This document shows positions 32,345-41,038 of a stretch of DNA of 64,000 bases, piece by piece. How positions within the stretch are numbered: the first letter of the stretch is position 1; every line of letters begins with the position of its first letter. Under the pieces are notes generated by a model. It was not told the DNA's origin and made no database searches. It worked only from the letters and a program-made list of their open reading frames with translations. The stretch is taken from the NCBI GenBank assembly GCA_963718495.1, contig OY970353.1:3474988-3538987 (forward strand). Direction: 5' to 3'. This stretch comes from an uncultured Solirubrobacterales bacterium. Lineage in GTDB: Bacteria; Actinomycetota; Thermoleophilia; Solirubrobacterales; Thermoleophilaceae. The translations under genes and the position numbers were made by a program.

Positions 32345-32624
32345 TCAATCTGGGATCAGGCCTTCGCCGGTGAACTCGCCAGCGGCCTCCGCGAACGTCA
32401 CGTCGCGCGGGGGCAGGATCACGTCGGACTCGACCAGCTCGTCCTCGGCGAGCGAGCGTGCCGTCGGCGGCGACCAGCTCGAGCATCTGCTGCCAGAGCT
32501 CGGCGAACTTCGTCTCGTCGCCGGCCTCGACCGCCGCAACCGCGTCGTTGTCGAGCCCGTTCAGACGGTCGACATCGGCGTCGGGCAGCTCGAACTGTCC
32601 CTCACCCGAGATCCGGACGATCAC
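32345..32624 (-). pseudogene. PspA-associated protein PspAA-like; one frameshift
   Basis: GTG 32624 overlaps the pspA TGA (GTGA). VIVRISGEGQFELPDADVDRLNGLDNDAVAAVEAGDE.. continues as ..LAEDELVESDVILPPRDVTFAEAAGEFTGEGLIPD in ORF 32345..32539. Confidence 0.6.
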
Positions 32625-33359
32625 TTGGACTCCTCCCCGCCCTCGAGCTGAGGCGCGTCGCTGCCGCCGCCGGAGCCGAGCTCGGCCTTCATCTTCGCCA
32701 GCTCGTCGTCGACCTGGGCACCGGAGCCGAGCTGCTGCGAGCTGGCGGTCGATGTCGTCCTGGCCGCCGCCGATCTGAGTGATGTCGTCGAACGCGCCGG
32801 CCGCCTCGAGCTCCTCGACGGCGCCGGCCCGGGCGCGCATCTGCTCGGTCTTGTCCTCGGCACGCTGGATCGCCATGCCGAGATCGGCCATCTCCTCGCC
32901 GACGCCGTTGGCGGCCTCGGAGATCTTGACCTGTGCCTCCGCGGCGGAGTACTGGGCCTTGATGACCTCCTTCTTGGTGCGGAAGGTCTCGATCTTCGTG
33001 CGCAGCTTCTGCTCGTTCGCGATCAGCTGCTCCTGCTGGGTCTCGAGTTCCTTGACCTGCGTGTCGAGTCCCTGAAGCTCGGTCTGGGCGATGGTCTTGC
33101 GCTCGAGCGCCGTACGGGCAAGCTCCTCGTTGCCCTGTGAGAGCGCCTGGCGCGCCTGGGTGTCGAGCTTCACCACCTGCTGCTCGATCTTCGTGGACTG
33201 CATCTGCAGGCGCTTCTTGGAGGTCACCACGTCGGCGATCCCCTTCTTTACGTTCTGCAGCAGCTCGACCTGCTTCTGGTAGCCGTAGTCGAGCGTCTCG
33301 CCCGGGTCCTCGGCCTTGTCGAGCATCCTCGAGATCTTCGACTTGATGACTGTGGACAT
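32621..33359 (-). pseudogene. pspA: phage shock protein A / IM30 family; one frameshift near the C-terminus
   Basis: MSTVIKSKISRMLDKAEDPGETLDYGYQKQVELLQ.. coiled coil. The C-terminal tail (SQQLGSGAQVDDELAKMKAELG..) is in ORF 32621..32863. The junction is at about 32731-32747. Confidence 0.8.
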
Positions 33360-33435
33360 GCGCCCACCCATACCTGGCATCGAGCTGCTCCTTCGGCGTT
33401 GTTGCGGGGAACCTGGGCCGTAGACTAGTGGCTAC

Positions 33436-33921
33436 GTGGAAGCGCGCCCGCCCTCGCAGTCCGAGTCGGTTCTTACGCGCTGGATGGGCATCCCCGAGGC
33501 CAACACGGCCGGGAACGTGCATGGCGGGACGATCATGAAGCTGTGCGACGAGGTCGCCGGCATCGCGGCCATCCGCCACTGCGGCGGCCGGGTCGTGACG
33601 GCGGCGATGGACCGCATGACGTTCATCCACCCGGTCTTCGTCGGCGAGCTGGTGACCGTTCGCGCGATGGTCAACGCCGCCTGGCGCACGTCGATGGAGG
33701 TGGGCGTGCGGGTCGAGAAGGAGAACGTCTACACGAACCAGGTCGAGCACACCTCGACCGCCTACTTCACGATGGTCGCCCTCGACGTGAACGGCCAGCC
33801 GGCCGCGGTGCCGCCGACCGAGCCGGAGAGCGACGACGAGCTGCGCCGCGCCCGCGAGGCGCAGGTCCGCCGCGACAACCGGCTCCGGGAGCGCGACCAG
33901 CTGCAGGCCGAGCGCGGCTAG
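33436..33921 (+). CDS. acyl-CoA thioesterase (hotdog fold, YciA-like)
   Basis: GNVHGGTIMKLCDEVAGIAA.. is a typical acyl-CoA hydrolase motif. GTG start. Confidence 0.8.
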   Translation: MEARPPSQSESVLTRWMGIPEANTAGNVHGGTIMKLCDEVAGIAAIRHCGGRVVTAAMDRMTFIHPVFVGELVTVRAMVNAAWRTSMEVGVRVEKENVYTNQVEHTSTAYFTMVALDVNGQPAAVPPTEPESDDELRRAREAQVRRDNRLRERDQLQAERG

Positions 33922-33962
33922 GCGCTAGGGGCCGCTTTGTAATTGGTGGCTCCCCGGAGTCC

Positions 33963-34014
33963 CCTATGGGGGCCCTGCGGGAGCAATCGATTGCTCGATG
34001 TTGGGGCCCATAGG
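33963..34014. repeat. nested inverted repeats: outer stem CCTATGGG/CCCATAGG enclosing the perfect 16-nt palindrome GAGCAATCGATTGCTC
   Basis: Read directly. Outer arms are 33963-33970 and 34007-34014; the palindrome is 33981-33996. It lies in a locally AT-richer spacer between convergent genes. Confidence 0.6.
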
Positions 34015-34107
34015 CCCTAAGAAGGAGCAACGGATGAAACTATTTCGCTCGGGCCGCCGTCGGTGAGCCGTTCGATGAGACAACCCGCCTGGGTCATGGC
34101 TCGTAGC

Positions 34108-34581
34108 TCAGGCGCTCTGGCCCGCCGGGTCGCTGGACTCGGGCAGCTGGCGCCACTCGGTGAACTTCGTCCCCCGGAACTTGAAACGGACCCGCACCCC
34201 GTTGCCCCCGCAGCTCGCCGGGTCGCCCGGGCCGCGGCGGAGCTTGAACGCGGCGAGCACCGTCTCGCCCTCGTCCTCGATGTCGGTGACCTCCGCCTTG
34301 CACGGCAGCGAGGAGTTGAAGGCGACGGCCTCGCGGTGGGTGCGCAGCCGCGCGAGCCGGCCCTGCTCGATCAGCGCGCCGGGCGCGAAGTAGTCGGCCG
34401 CCTGGTCGTAGTTGCCGGCGTTCAGGACGAGGATCCAGCCCCGGATCGCCTTCTCCTCGGCGGTCTTCGCCTGAGCGTTCCGGTCGGGGACGGGGTCGTT
34501 GCCCTTGCTGTCGTCGTCGCCCCCGCCGCAGCCGGCGAGTACGACCAGGCCGACGAGCAGAGCCCCGGCGAGCCGCCTCAT
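34108..34581 (-). CDS. lipoprotein (hypothetical)
   Basis: ATG 34581 overlaps the ctaG-like stop (ATGA). MRRLAGALLVGLVVLAGCGG carries a lipobox. Confidence 0.6.
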   Translation of the reverse strand: MRRLAGALLVGLVVLAGCGGGDDDSKGNDPVPDRNAQAKTAEEKAIRGWILVLNAGNYDQAADYFAPGALIEQGRLARLRTHREAVAFNSSLPCKAEVTDIEDEGETVLAAFKLRRGPGDPASCGGNGVRVRFKFRGTKFTEWRQLPESSDPAGQSA

Positions 34582-35384
34582 GACGGCACGGCAGCCGCGC
34601 GCTCGGCCGCGTCGTGCTCCTGCGAGCTGCGGTAGAAGAAGAATGCGAGGCCGAACAGCATCACGATCAGGTCCAGGCCCAGCATCATCGCCCCCGCCAC
34701 CTGCTGATCGGTCAGCGCGGACCACCCGTGCTCGGGCGCCGTCTTCCCGTAGAAGTCCGGATAGGCGGGCGTGCGCATGATGATGAATGCCATACCCAGG
34801 AACATTCCAGTCAGGCGCGCTCCGATGATGTAGGGCACCTTCCACAGGTCGCCCGGGAGGCGGCGTTTCTTCGGTTCGATCACAGACCACCACACGAGCA
34901 TGGCACCGCCGACGAAAGTCCAGTGCTGGAGCAGGTGGACCCACTCGTTGGTCAGCGCCGCCTCGAAGGTGAACGAGAAGTGCCAGCCGTAGAGGATCAG
35001 GGCCCAGATCGGGATGGCCACGAGCGGGCGGCGGATCACCCTGAACGCGGCGCGCAGCCGCTTGCGGCGGGCGAGCGGGACGAGTATCGGCTTCGGCAGG
35101 AGGAAGACGTAGACGGGTGAGCGGATCCCGATCAGCAGGAACGGGGCGGCGAGATCGGCGATCAGCAGGTGCTGGCCCATGTGCGCGACCAGCAGCTCCT
35201 CGGCCCAGGCGTCGAGCGGGCCGAGCAGCCCGATCGCGGTCAGCGCGACGCCGGAGTGCCACGCGACCTGCTGCCAGAACGGCACGTCGTAGCCGCGCCC
35301 GCGCAGCACGCGAATCGCGCGCACGTACAGCGCCTCGAGGAAGAGGACGAGGACTATCGGGCCGGGGGCGAGCGCGAACTCCAC
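34578..35384 (-). CDS. cytochrome c oxidase assembly factor CtaG-like membrane protein
   Basis: Multi-TM with the Caa3_CtaG style (..AHMGQHLLIADLAAPFLL.., ..HLLQHWTF..). Confidence 0.7.
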   Translation of the reverse strand: MEFALAPGPIVLVLFLEALYVRAIRVLRGRGYDVPFWQQVAWHSGVALTAIGLLGPLDAWAEELLVAHMGQHLLIADLAAPFLLIGIRSPVYVFLLPKPILVPLARRKRLRAAFRVIRRPLVAIPIWALILYGWHFSFTFEAALTNEWVHLLQHWTFVGGAMLVWWSVIEPKKRRLPGDLWKVPYIIGARLTGMFLGMAFIIMRTPAYPDFYGKTAPEHGWSALTDQQVAGAMMLGLDLIVMLFGLAFFFYRSSQEHDAAERAAAVPS

Positions 35385-35400
35385 CCCCTGATTGTGGCGC

Positions 35401-36642
35401 TTAGGCCGCTGCGAGGGCGTCTGCGGCGGCCGTCAGGCGCTCCTGGTACTCGCGCCGCTGCATGCGCGAGACGACGAGCCGCTGGACCTGGGCCGTGCCC
35501 TCGAAGATCTGGTAGATCTTCGCGTCGCGGAACCACTTCTCGAGCGGGAACTCGGTGGTCCACGCGTCGGGGCCGACGAGGTCCATCAGGGTCGTCGTCG
35601 CCCACATCGTCACGTCGCCGGCCTTGAGCTTGGACATCGAGCCCTGGCCGCCGGTCATCGGCACGCCGTTGCGGCCCATCCAGGCCGCGCGCCAGACGAG
35701 CAGCCGAGCCGACTCGATCTCGGTCGCGACGTCGGCGAGCGACCTGCTGGACGCGCTGCTGCTCGAGCAGCGGGCCATTCTCGTCCTCGCGGCCCTCGAG
35801 GTACTCGAGGGTCCACTCGTAGGCGGCCTGCGCGATGCCGAGCGCCGAGGCGCCGACGAGCGGGCGGGTGATCTCGAAGGTCGCGAGCGCGTTCGACGAG
35901 CCGCCGCGCTCGCCGTTGCGGGCCCGCTCGAGCTTGCTGCTCGAGCTTGTCCATCCCGCCGAGCAGGTTCTCGACCGGGATCCGGCAGTCCTCGAGCACG
36001 ACCTCGGCGGTGTGCGAGGCACGGATGCCGATCTTGTCCTCCTTCTTGCCCTGGCTGAGGCCCAGGCGCGTCCTTCGCGATCGACGAACGACGCCTGGCC
36101 GCGGTGGCCGAGCTCGGGGTCGACGACGGCGACGACCACCGTCACGTCGGCGATGCCCCCGTTGGTGATGAAGACCTTGGTGCCGTTGAGGACCCACTCG
36201 TCGCCGTCGCGCACGGCGGTCGTGCGCAGCGACTTGACGTCGGAGCCGGCCTGGGCCTCGGTGACCGCGTAGGCGCCGAGCTTGATCTCGTCGCCGTCGC
36301 CGAAGCACTCGGGGACCCAGCTGCGCGACCTGCTCGGGCGTGCCCGAGGCCGCGATGCCGGCGGCCGCGAGACCGGAGCCGGAGATCGCGAGCGCCATGC
36401 CCGCGCAGCCCCAGTGGAGCTCCTCGGCGTAGATCACGCTCATCATGCCCTCGGGGTCGGCCCCCGTGCGCATCAGCTGCTCGGTGCCCTGGAGACCCCA
36501 CTCGCGAGCGGTCTTGATGACCTCCCACGGGGTCGACTGCTCGCGGTCGTGCTTGGCAGCGAGCGGGACGCATCACCTCGCGCGCGAAGCGGCGGCAGTG
36601 CTGCTGGAACTCGAGCTGCTCGTCGTTGAGCCTGAAGTCCAT
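35401..36642 (-). pseudogene. acyl-CoA dehydrogenase; six frame disruptions
   Basis: Pieces lie in ORFs 36142..36642, 35655..36473, 35354..36214 and 35401..35778. They reassemble to [158 protein letters not shown].. Confidence 0.8.
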
Positions 36643-36675
36643 GTTCCCCAGTTCCTCCGTGGTCGGCGGCGTTGG

Positions 36676-36691
36676 TTGACTGACCAGTCAA
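36676..36691. promoter_or_regulatory. perfect 16-nt palindrome TTGACTGACCAGTCAA (operator candidate)
   Basis: Read directly. It sits 34-49 nt upstream of the ACAD ATG (36642) in the divergent spacer. Confidence 0.35.
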
Positions 36692-36764
36692 TCGCGTCGC
36701 GAAAAATGGTACTGAACGCCCCCGGCGGCGGATGCGCCAACCGCGACGGCTACAGTGCGCCCTC

Positions 36765-37932
36765 GTGTCCCGGAGGAGTCTGATCGCAGCCGCCGTCGCG
36801 GCCCTCGCGCTGGGCGGCTGCAGCATCGGCGACGACGACAGCCGCCCGCCCCAGCTCGGCACGCCGTCGAGCGACGACGACGCCGCGACGAAGCTCGGCT
36901 TCCCGTCGAGCGCGACGAAGAACACGTCCGGGTCGGCGGCGGCGACGCGGCCGCCGACGCGGCCGGGATCGCGAGCGCCGTCTTCCCCGCCACGAGCGAC
37001 GCCTCGCGCCCGACCGCGGTCGTGCTCGTGGACACCGGCGACTGGCAGGGCGCGGTCGCCGCCGGCGTGCTCGCCGGGAACCCGATCGGCGCGCCCATGC
37101 TCCTCTCCGTCGACGGCGAACTTCCGCCGATCACCACCGACACGCTGAAGCAGCTGAACCCGAAGGGCTCGGACCTCTCGAAGGACGCCCAGGTGATCCG
37201 CATCGGCTCGAAGCCCCAGACGCCCGACGGCTACAAGACCGCGATCATCGAGGGCAAGGACGCATACGAGCGCGCGGCGGCGATCGACCGGTTCTTCTCG
37301 GCGGCCCGCGGCAAGGCCTCCCAGAACGTGGTGGTCGCGAGCGGCGAGCGGGCCGAGTTCGCCGTGCCCGCGGCGGCGTGGGCCGCCCGCTCGGGCGACG
37401 CCGTCCTGTTCGCCAAGCGGGACTCCATCCCGGCCGCCACCGAGAAGGCGATCAAGGCGCACGGCAAGCCGAACATCTACCTCCTCGGGCCCGAAGTCGG
37501 TCGATCTCGGAGAAGACCGCGAAGGAGCTCGCGAAGCTCGGCAAGGTGAACCGCATCGAGGGCCCGGACGCCGTCGAGAACGCGATCGCCTTCGCCCGCT
37601 ACAACCGCGGGAACTTCGGCTGGGGCGTGGTCGTACCGGGCTACAACTTCTCGCTCGCGAACACGTCGCGGCCGCTCGACGCGGCGCCGGCGGCGATCCT
37701 CGGCACGCGCGGCGTCTTCGCCCCGATGCTGCTGACCGACAACGCGCGGACCCTCCCGCGCGCGCTCGAGGCCTATCTGCTGAGCGTCCAGCCCGGCTAC
37801 GAGGACGACCCCGGCCAGGCGGTGTTCAACAAGGTCTGGATCCTCGGCGACGACAAGCAGGTCTCGGTCGACGAGCAGGGGCGGATCGACCAGATCACCG
37901 AGCTGGTCCCCGTCCAGCCCAACGCGCCGTAG
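36765..37932 (+). pseudogene. lipoprotein with cell-wall-binding-repeat-2 (CWB2)-like repeats; two frameshifts
   Basis: VSRRSLIAAAVAALALGGCS lipobox. Repeats with GKDAYERAAAIDRFF and GPDAVENAIAFARYN. Frame junctions at about 36924-36928 and about 37496-37503. Confidence 0.6.
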
Positions 37933-37944
37933 ACTCCCGCCCGG

Positions 37945-38225
37945 ATGAGCGAGTTCGAGAACCCCGACCGGATGCAGCGCGAGCCGACCGTCGAGGACGT
38001 CCGCCATCTCATGGGTGCTTCGGCCCCGCACTTCGCGCTTCACCTGCGCAACCGGATCCAGAACCTGATCGCAGGCCTTCCGGCGGATCACCCCGCCCGG
38101 GTCGAGGGCGAGCGGAGATCGCGCGGCTGGTGGAGGTTGCGCGCGGGTCCGAGCACCGCGGCGGGCACCGACACGGCGAGCCGGGGCTGCCGAGCCTCGA
38201 CGCCGCCGAGTCCGGCCTCGGCTAG
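37945..38225 (+). pseudogene. small hypothetical protein; one frameshift
   Basis: MSEFENPDRMQREPTVEDVRHLMGASAPHFALHLRNRIQNLI.. continues as EIARLVEVARGSEH..AESGLG* after a 1-nt loss near 38113-38117. Confidence 0.4.
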
Positions 38226-38321
38226 CCGCCCGCCGGCAGCACCGGGTCGCGCTCGCGCTCGGCGACCCAGTCGGAGCCGACCACGAAGGTGCCCGGGTCG
38301 CGGGCGCGCGCGAGGAATCCA

Positions 38322-38825
38322 TCACCCCTCCTCCAGGACCCGCGCGCTCTCCCGCTGGAGCGCGTCGACCTGCGCCTCGTCGATACCCGCACCGGCCAGC
38401 GCCTTGTCCCAGGTGCGGTAGCCGACGATCCGCCGCAGCTCGAAGCCGTCGAAGTAGTAGAGGATCCCGGCGAAGAACCGGAGGTCGACGCCGGCGTTGG
38501 ACCGCGCCCGCACGTCGAGCCGAGCGAGGACTCGTTCGCGCTCGAGCAGCACAGGCGCGCCGACGAGGATGCCCTCCCACGACTCGAACGCCTCGAGCCA
38601 GCGCGACCAGATCGCGATGAAGCCCTCGAGGCCGCGGTGCCCGGTCGTGATGCCCAGTGCCTGGACGCCCTCATCCGGGACGAAGTCCCAGTCCTTGCCG
38701 ATCAGCGCCTCGGTCTCGCGCGCGGTCGCGAGGAAGTCCTCATCGGCGAGCTTGTCGACCAGGTTCCCGCTCCAGAAGCGCCAGAAGCCGTCGACGAGCT
38801 GCAGCTGTGTCTGCTCGGCCCCCAT
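38322..38825 (-). CDS. hypothetical protein (possibly NTF2/SnoaL-like fold)
   Basis: 167-aa ORF starting 12 nt downstream of the ACAD beta gene. No confident motif. Confidence 0.45.
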   Translation of the reverse strand: MGAEQTQLQLVDGFWRFWSGNLVDKLADEDFLATARETEALIGKDWDFVPDEGVQALGITTGHRGLEGFIAIWSRWLEAFESWEGILVGAPVLLERERVLARLDVRARSNAGVDLRFFAGILYYFDGFELRRIVGYRTWDKALAGAGIDEAQVDALQRESARVLEEG

Positions 38826-38837
38826 TGGGGGCAGTAT

Positions 38838-39854
38838 CTACGCCGCGGCAGCGGCGCGCAGCCCGCTCAGCTCGGCGACGCGCTCGCGGTGCTCCTTGGA
38901 GCCCCCGAACAGCGCGGCGTCGGTCTTGGCGCGCTTGAGGAAGAAGTGGAGGTCGTGCTCCCAGGTGAAACCGATGCCGCCGTGCACCTGGAGCGATGAC
39001 GAGGTGACCTCCCAGCCGGCGTCCGAGGCCTGCGCCTTGGCCATCGCGGCGGCGAGCGGCAGCGTCTCGGGCTCGGCCTCGGCCGCCCACGCGGCCCAGA
39101 GGACGACGGAGCGGGTGCTCTCGACCGCGCGCAGCATGTCGGCGCAGCGGTGCGAGACGCCCTGGTAGGCGCCGATCGGGCGGTCGAACTGCTTGCGATC
39201 GCGCGCGTACTCGACGGCCATCTCCATCGCCTTCTGGGCGACGCCGGTGATCTCGCCCGAGATCGCGACGAGGATGCGATCGACCGCCGGCGCGGGATCG
39301 CCCCCGAGCGGCTCGCCGGAGCCCTTCGGCGTGACACGCGCGAAGCGGCGGGTTGCATCGATGGTCAGGATCGGCTCGATCTCGCAGTCGGCGGCGGCGT
39401 GGACGCTGCCCCCGTCGCCCTCGAGCAGCACGATCACGTCGGCGCCCTCCGCGTCGGGGATCAAAGTGCCGACCCCGTCGGTGGCACGGCCGGCGGCCCC
39501 GCGGCCCTCGCCGGAGGCGATGCCGGGCAACCACTCCGCCTGCTGATCGGAGCTGCCGGCGTGCGCCAGCACGAGGCCGGCGGCGGCGTTGGCGAGGAAG
39601 GGAGTCGGCGCAAGCGAATACCCGAGCTCCTCCGCGAGGATGGTCAGCTCGACCGTGCCGAGCCCCTGGCCCCCGTGCTCGTCGGCGATGAAGATCCCGG
39701 GCCAGCCGAGCTCGGAGAACTCGGCCCAGTTGGCGTCGTCGTAGCGCTCGGCCTCGGCGAGCTCGCGCACCTTCTCGGCCTTGAAGCGATCCGCCAGCAT
39801 GTCCTTGGCGGTGCGCTTGATCGCCTGCTGGTCGTCGGTGAAGTCGAAGTTCAT
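38838..39854 (-). CDS. acyl-CoA dehydrogenase family protein, short non-catalytic-type partner subunit
   Basis: 338 aa with ACAD N- and C-terminal helical domain motifs (MNFDFTDDQQAIKRTA.., GAYQGVSHRCADM..). Lies 7 nt downstream of the 39862 gene. Confidence 0.8.
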   Translation of the reverse strand: MNFDFTDDQQAIKRTAKDMLADRFKAEKVRELAEAERYDDANWAEFSELGWPGIFIADEHGGQGLGTVELTILAEELGYSLAPTPFLANAAAGLVLAHAGSSDQQAEWLPGIASGEGRGAAGRATDGVGTLIPDAEGADVIVLLEGDGGSVHAAADCEIEPILTIDATRRFARVTPKGSGEPLGGDPAPAVDRILVAISGEITGVAQKAMEMAVEYARDRKQFDRPIGAYQGVSHRCADMLRAVESTRSVVLWAAWAAEAEPETLPLAAAMAKAQASDAGWEVTSSSLQVHGGIGFTWEHDLHFFLKRAKTDAALFGGSKEHRERVAELSGLRAAAAA

Positions 39855-39861
39855 GGCCCGC

Positions 39862-41010
39862 CTAACGCAGCTTGGGGAGGTTGAGGACCCGCTCGGCGAT
39901 GATGTTCTTGAGGATCTCGGTCGTGCCGCCCTCGATCGAGTTGGCCCGCGCGCGGAGGAACTTGTAGGTCCAGTCGCTGTCGCGCAGCGTGCCCTCCTCG
40001 CCGAGGATGTCCACTGCGAGCTCGGTCAGGCCCTGGTTGACGGCCGACCACTGCAGCTTCGGCAGCGACCCCTCCGGGCCCGGGATGCCCGTCTTCATGA
40101 TCGAGCTGAGGCCGCGCCACGCGTTGAGGCGCAGCGCCTCGGTCTCGATCAGCAGGCCCGCGATCTTCTGGCGGACGACGGGATCATCCGCGACGCCGCG
40201 CTCCTGCGCGAGCTCGATCAGCTGGCCGAGCGAGATCCTGACCGACGCCGCGGCAGCGGCGCCGAGGCCGGCGCGCTCGTGCATGAGCGTCGTGATCGCG
40301 ACCTTCCAGCCGTCACCCACCTCGCCGACGATGTTCTCGTCGGGGACGTAGGCCTCCTCGATGAAGAGCTCGTTGAACTCGGACTCGCCCGTGATCTGGG
40401 TGAGCGGCCGGACCTGGACCTCCTCTTGCTCCATGTCGAGCAGGAAGTAGGTGAGGCCCTTGTGCTTGGGCGCGTCCTGGTCGGTCCGCGCCACGAGCAT
40501 GCACCACTTCGCGTACTGGGCGATCGTGGTCCAGACCTTCTGGCCCGTGATGCGCCAGCCACCGTTGTCCTTCACGGCCCGCGTCTTCAGCGAGGCGAGG
40601 TCGGAGCCCGACTCCGGCTCGGAGAAGCCCTGGCACCAGATCTCCTCGGCCGACAGGATCGGCTCGAGGTAGCGCTGCTTCTGCTCGTCGTTGCCGTGGG
40701 CGATGACGACGGGGCCGCCCATCACCAGGCCGAGCACGTTCGCCGTCTGCGGCGCCTTGGCGCGCGCCATCTCCTCGCCGAAGATCGCCTGCTCGATCAG
40801 CGTCGCGCCGCGGCCGCCGTACTCCTCGGGCCACGACAGGCCCGCGTAACCGGCGTCGTGCAGCTTCGACTGCCACTGCTTGCGGAAGTCGAAGACGCGG
40901 TCGAAGTCCTCGTCGCCGCCGGGCGGCTCCGCCCCGGGCAGATTCGTTCCGAGCCACTCGCGTAGCTCGTCGCGGAAGGCCTGCTCGTTGGGGGAGAGCG
41001 TCAGGTCCAC
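39862..41010 (-). CDS. acyl-CoA dehydrogenase (catalytic-type subunit)
   Basis: ..CQGFSEPESGSDLASL..WTT.. plus the C-terminal IEGGTTEILKNIIAERVL. Start is GTG 41010 (VDLTLSPNEQ) or GTG 41025. Confidence 0.85.
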   Translation of the reverse strand: MDLTLSPNEQAFRDELREWLGTNLPGAEPPGGDEDFDRVFDFRKQWQSKLHDAGYAGLSWPEEYGGRGATLIEQAIFGEEMARAKAPQTANVLGLVMGGPVVIAHGNDEQKQRYLEPILSAEEIWCQGFSEPESGSDLASLKTRAVKDNGGWRITGQKVWTTIAQYAKWCMLVARTDQDAPKHKGLTYFLLDMEQEEVQVRPLTQITGESEFNELFIEEAYVPDENIVGEVGDGWKVAITTLMHERAGLGAAAAASVRISLGQLIELAQERGVADDPVVRQKIAGLLIETEALRLNAWRGLSSIMKTGIPGPEGSLPKLQWSAVNQGLTELAVDILGEEGTLRDSDWTYKFLRARANSIEGGTTEILKNIIAERVLNLPKLR

Positions 41011-41038
41011 GGGCGGCGCGCACACTACCGCACGAGGT

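Noticed and set aside
34034-34066. 10-codon mini-ORF MKLFRSGRRR as a bona fide leader peptide gene
   Set aside because: The Shine-Dalgarno match is good, but there is no downstream same-strand gene for it to regulate (the next gene is convergent). It is kept only as part of the structured-spacer observation.
38222-38674. 150-aa minus ORF ending on the palindromic GGCTAGCC that also ends the + strand small ORF; possible C-terminal extension of the 38322..38825 protein
   Set aside because: It would need yet another frameshift at about 38322 and has no recognisable motif. The shared stop palindrome is most simply coincidence. Left uncalled.
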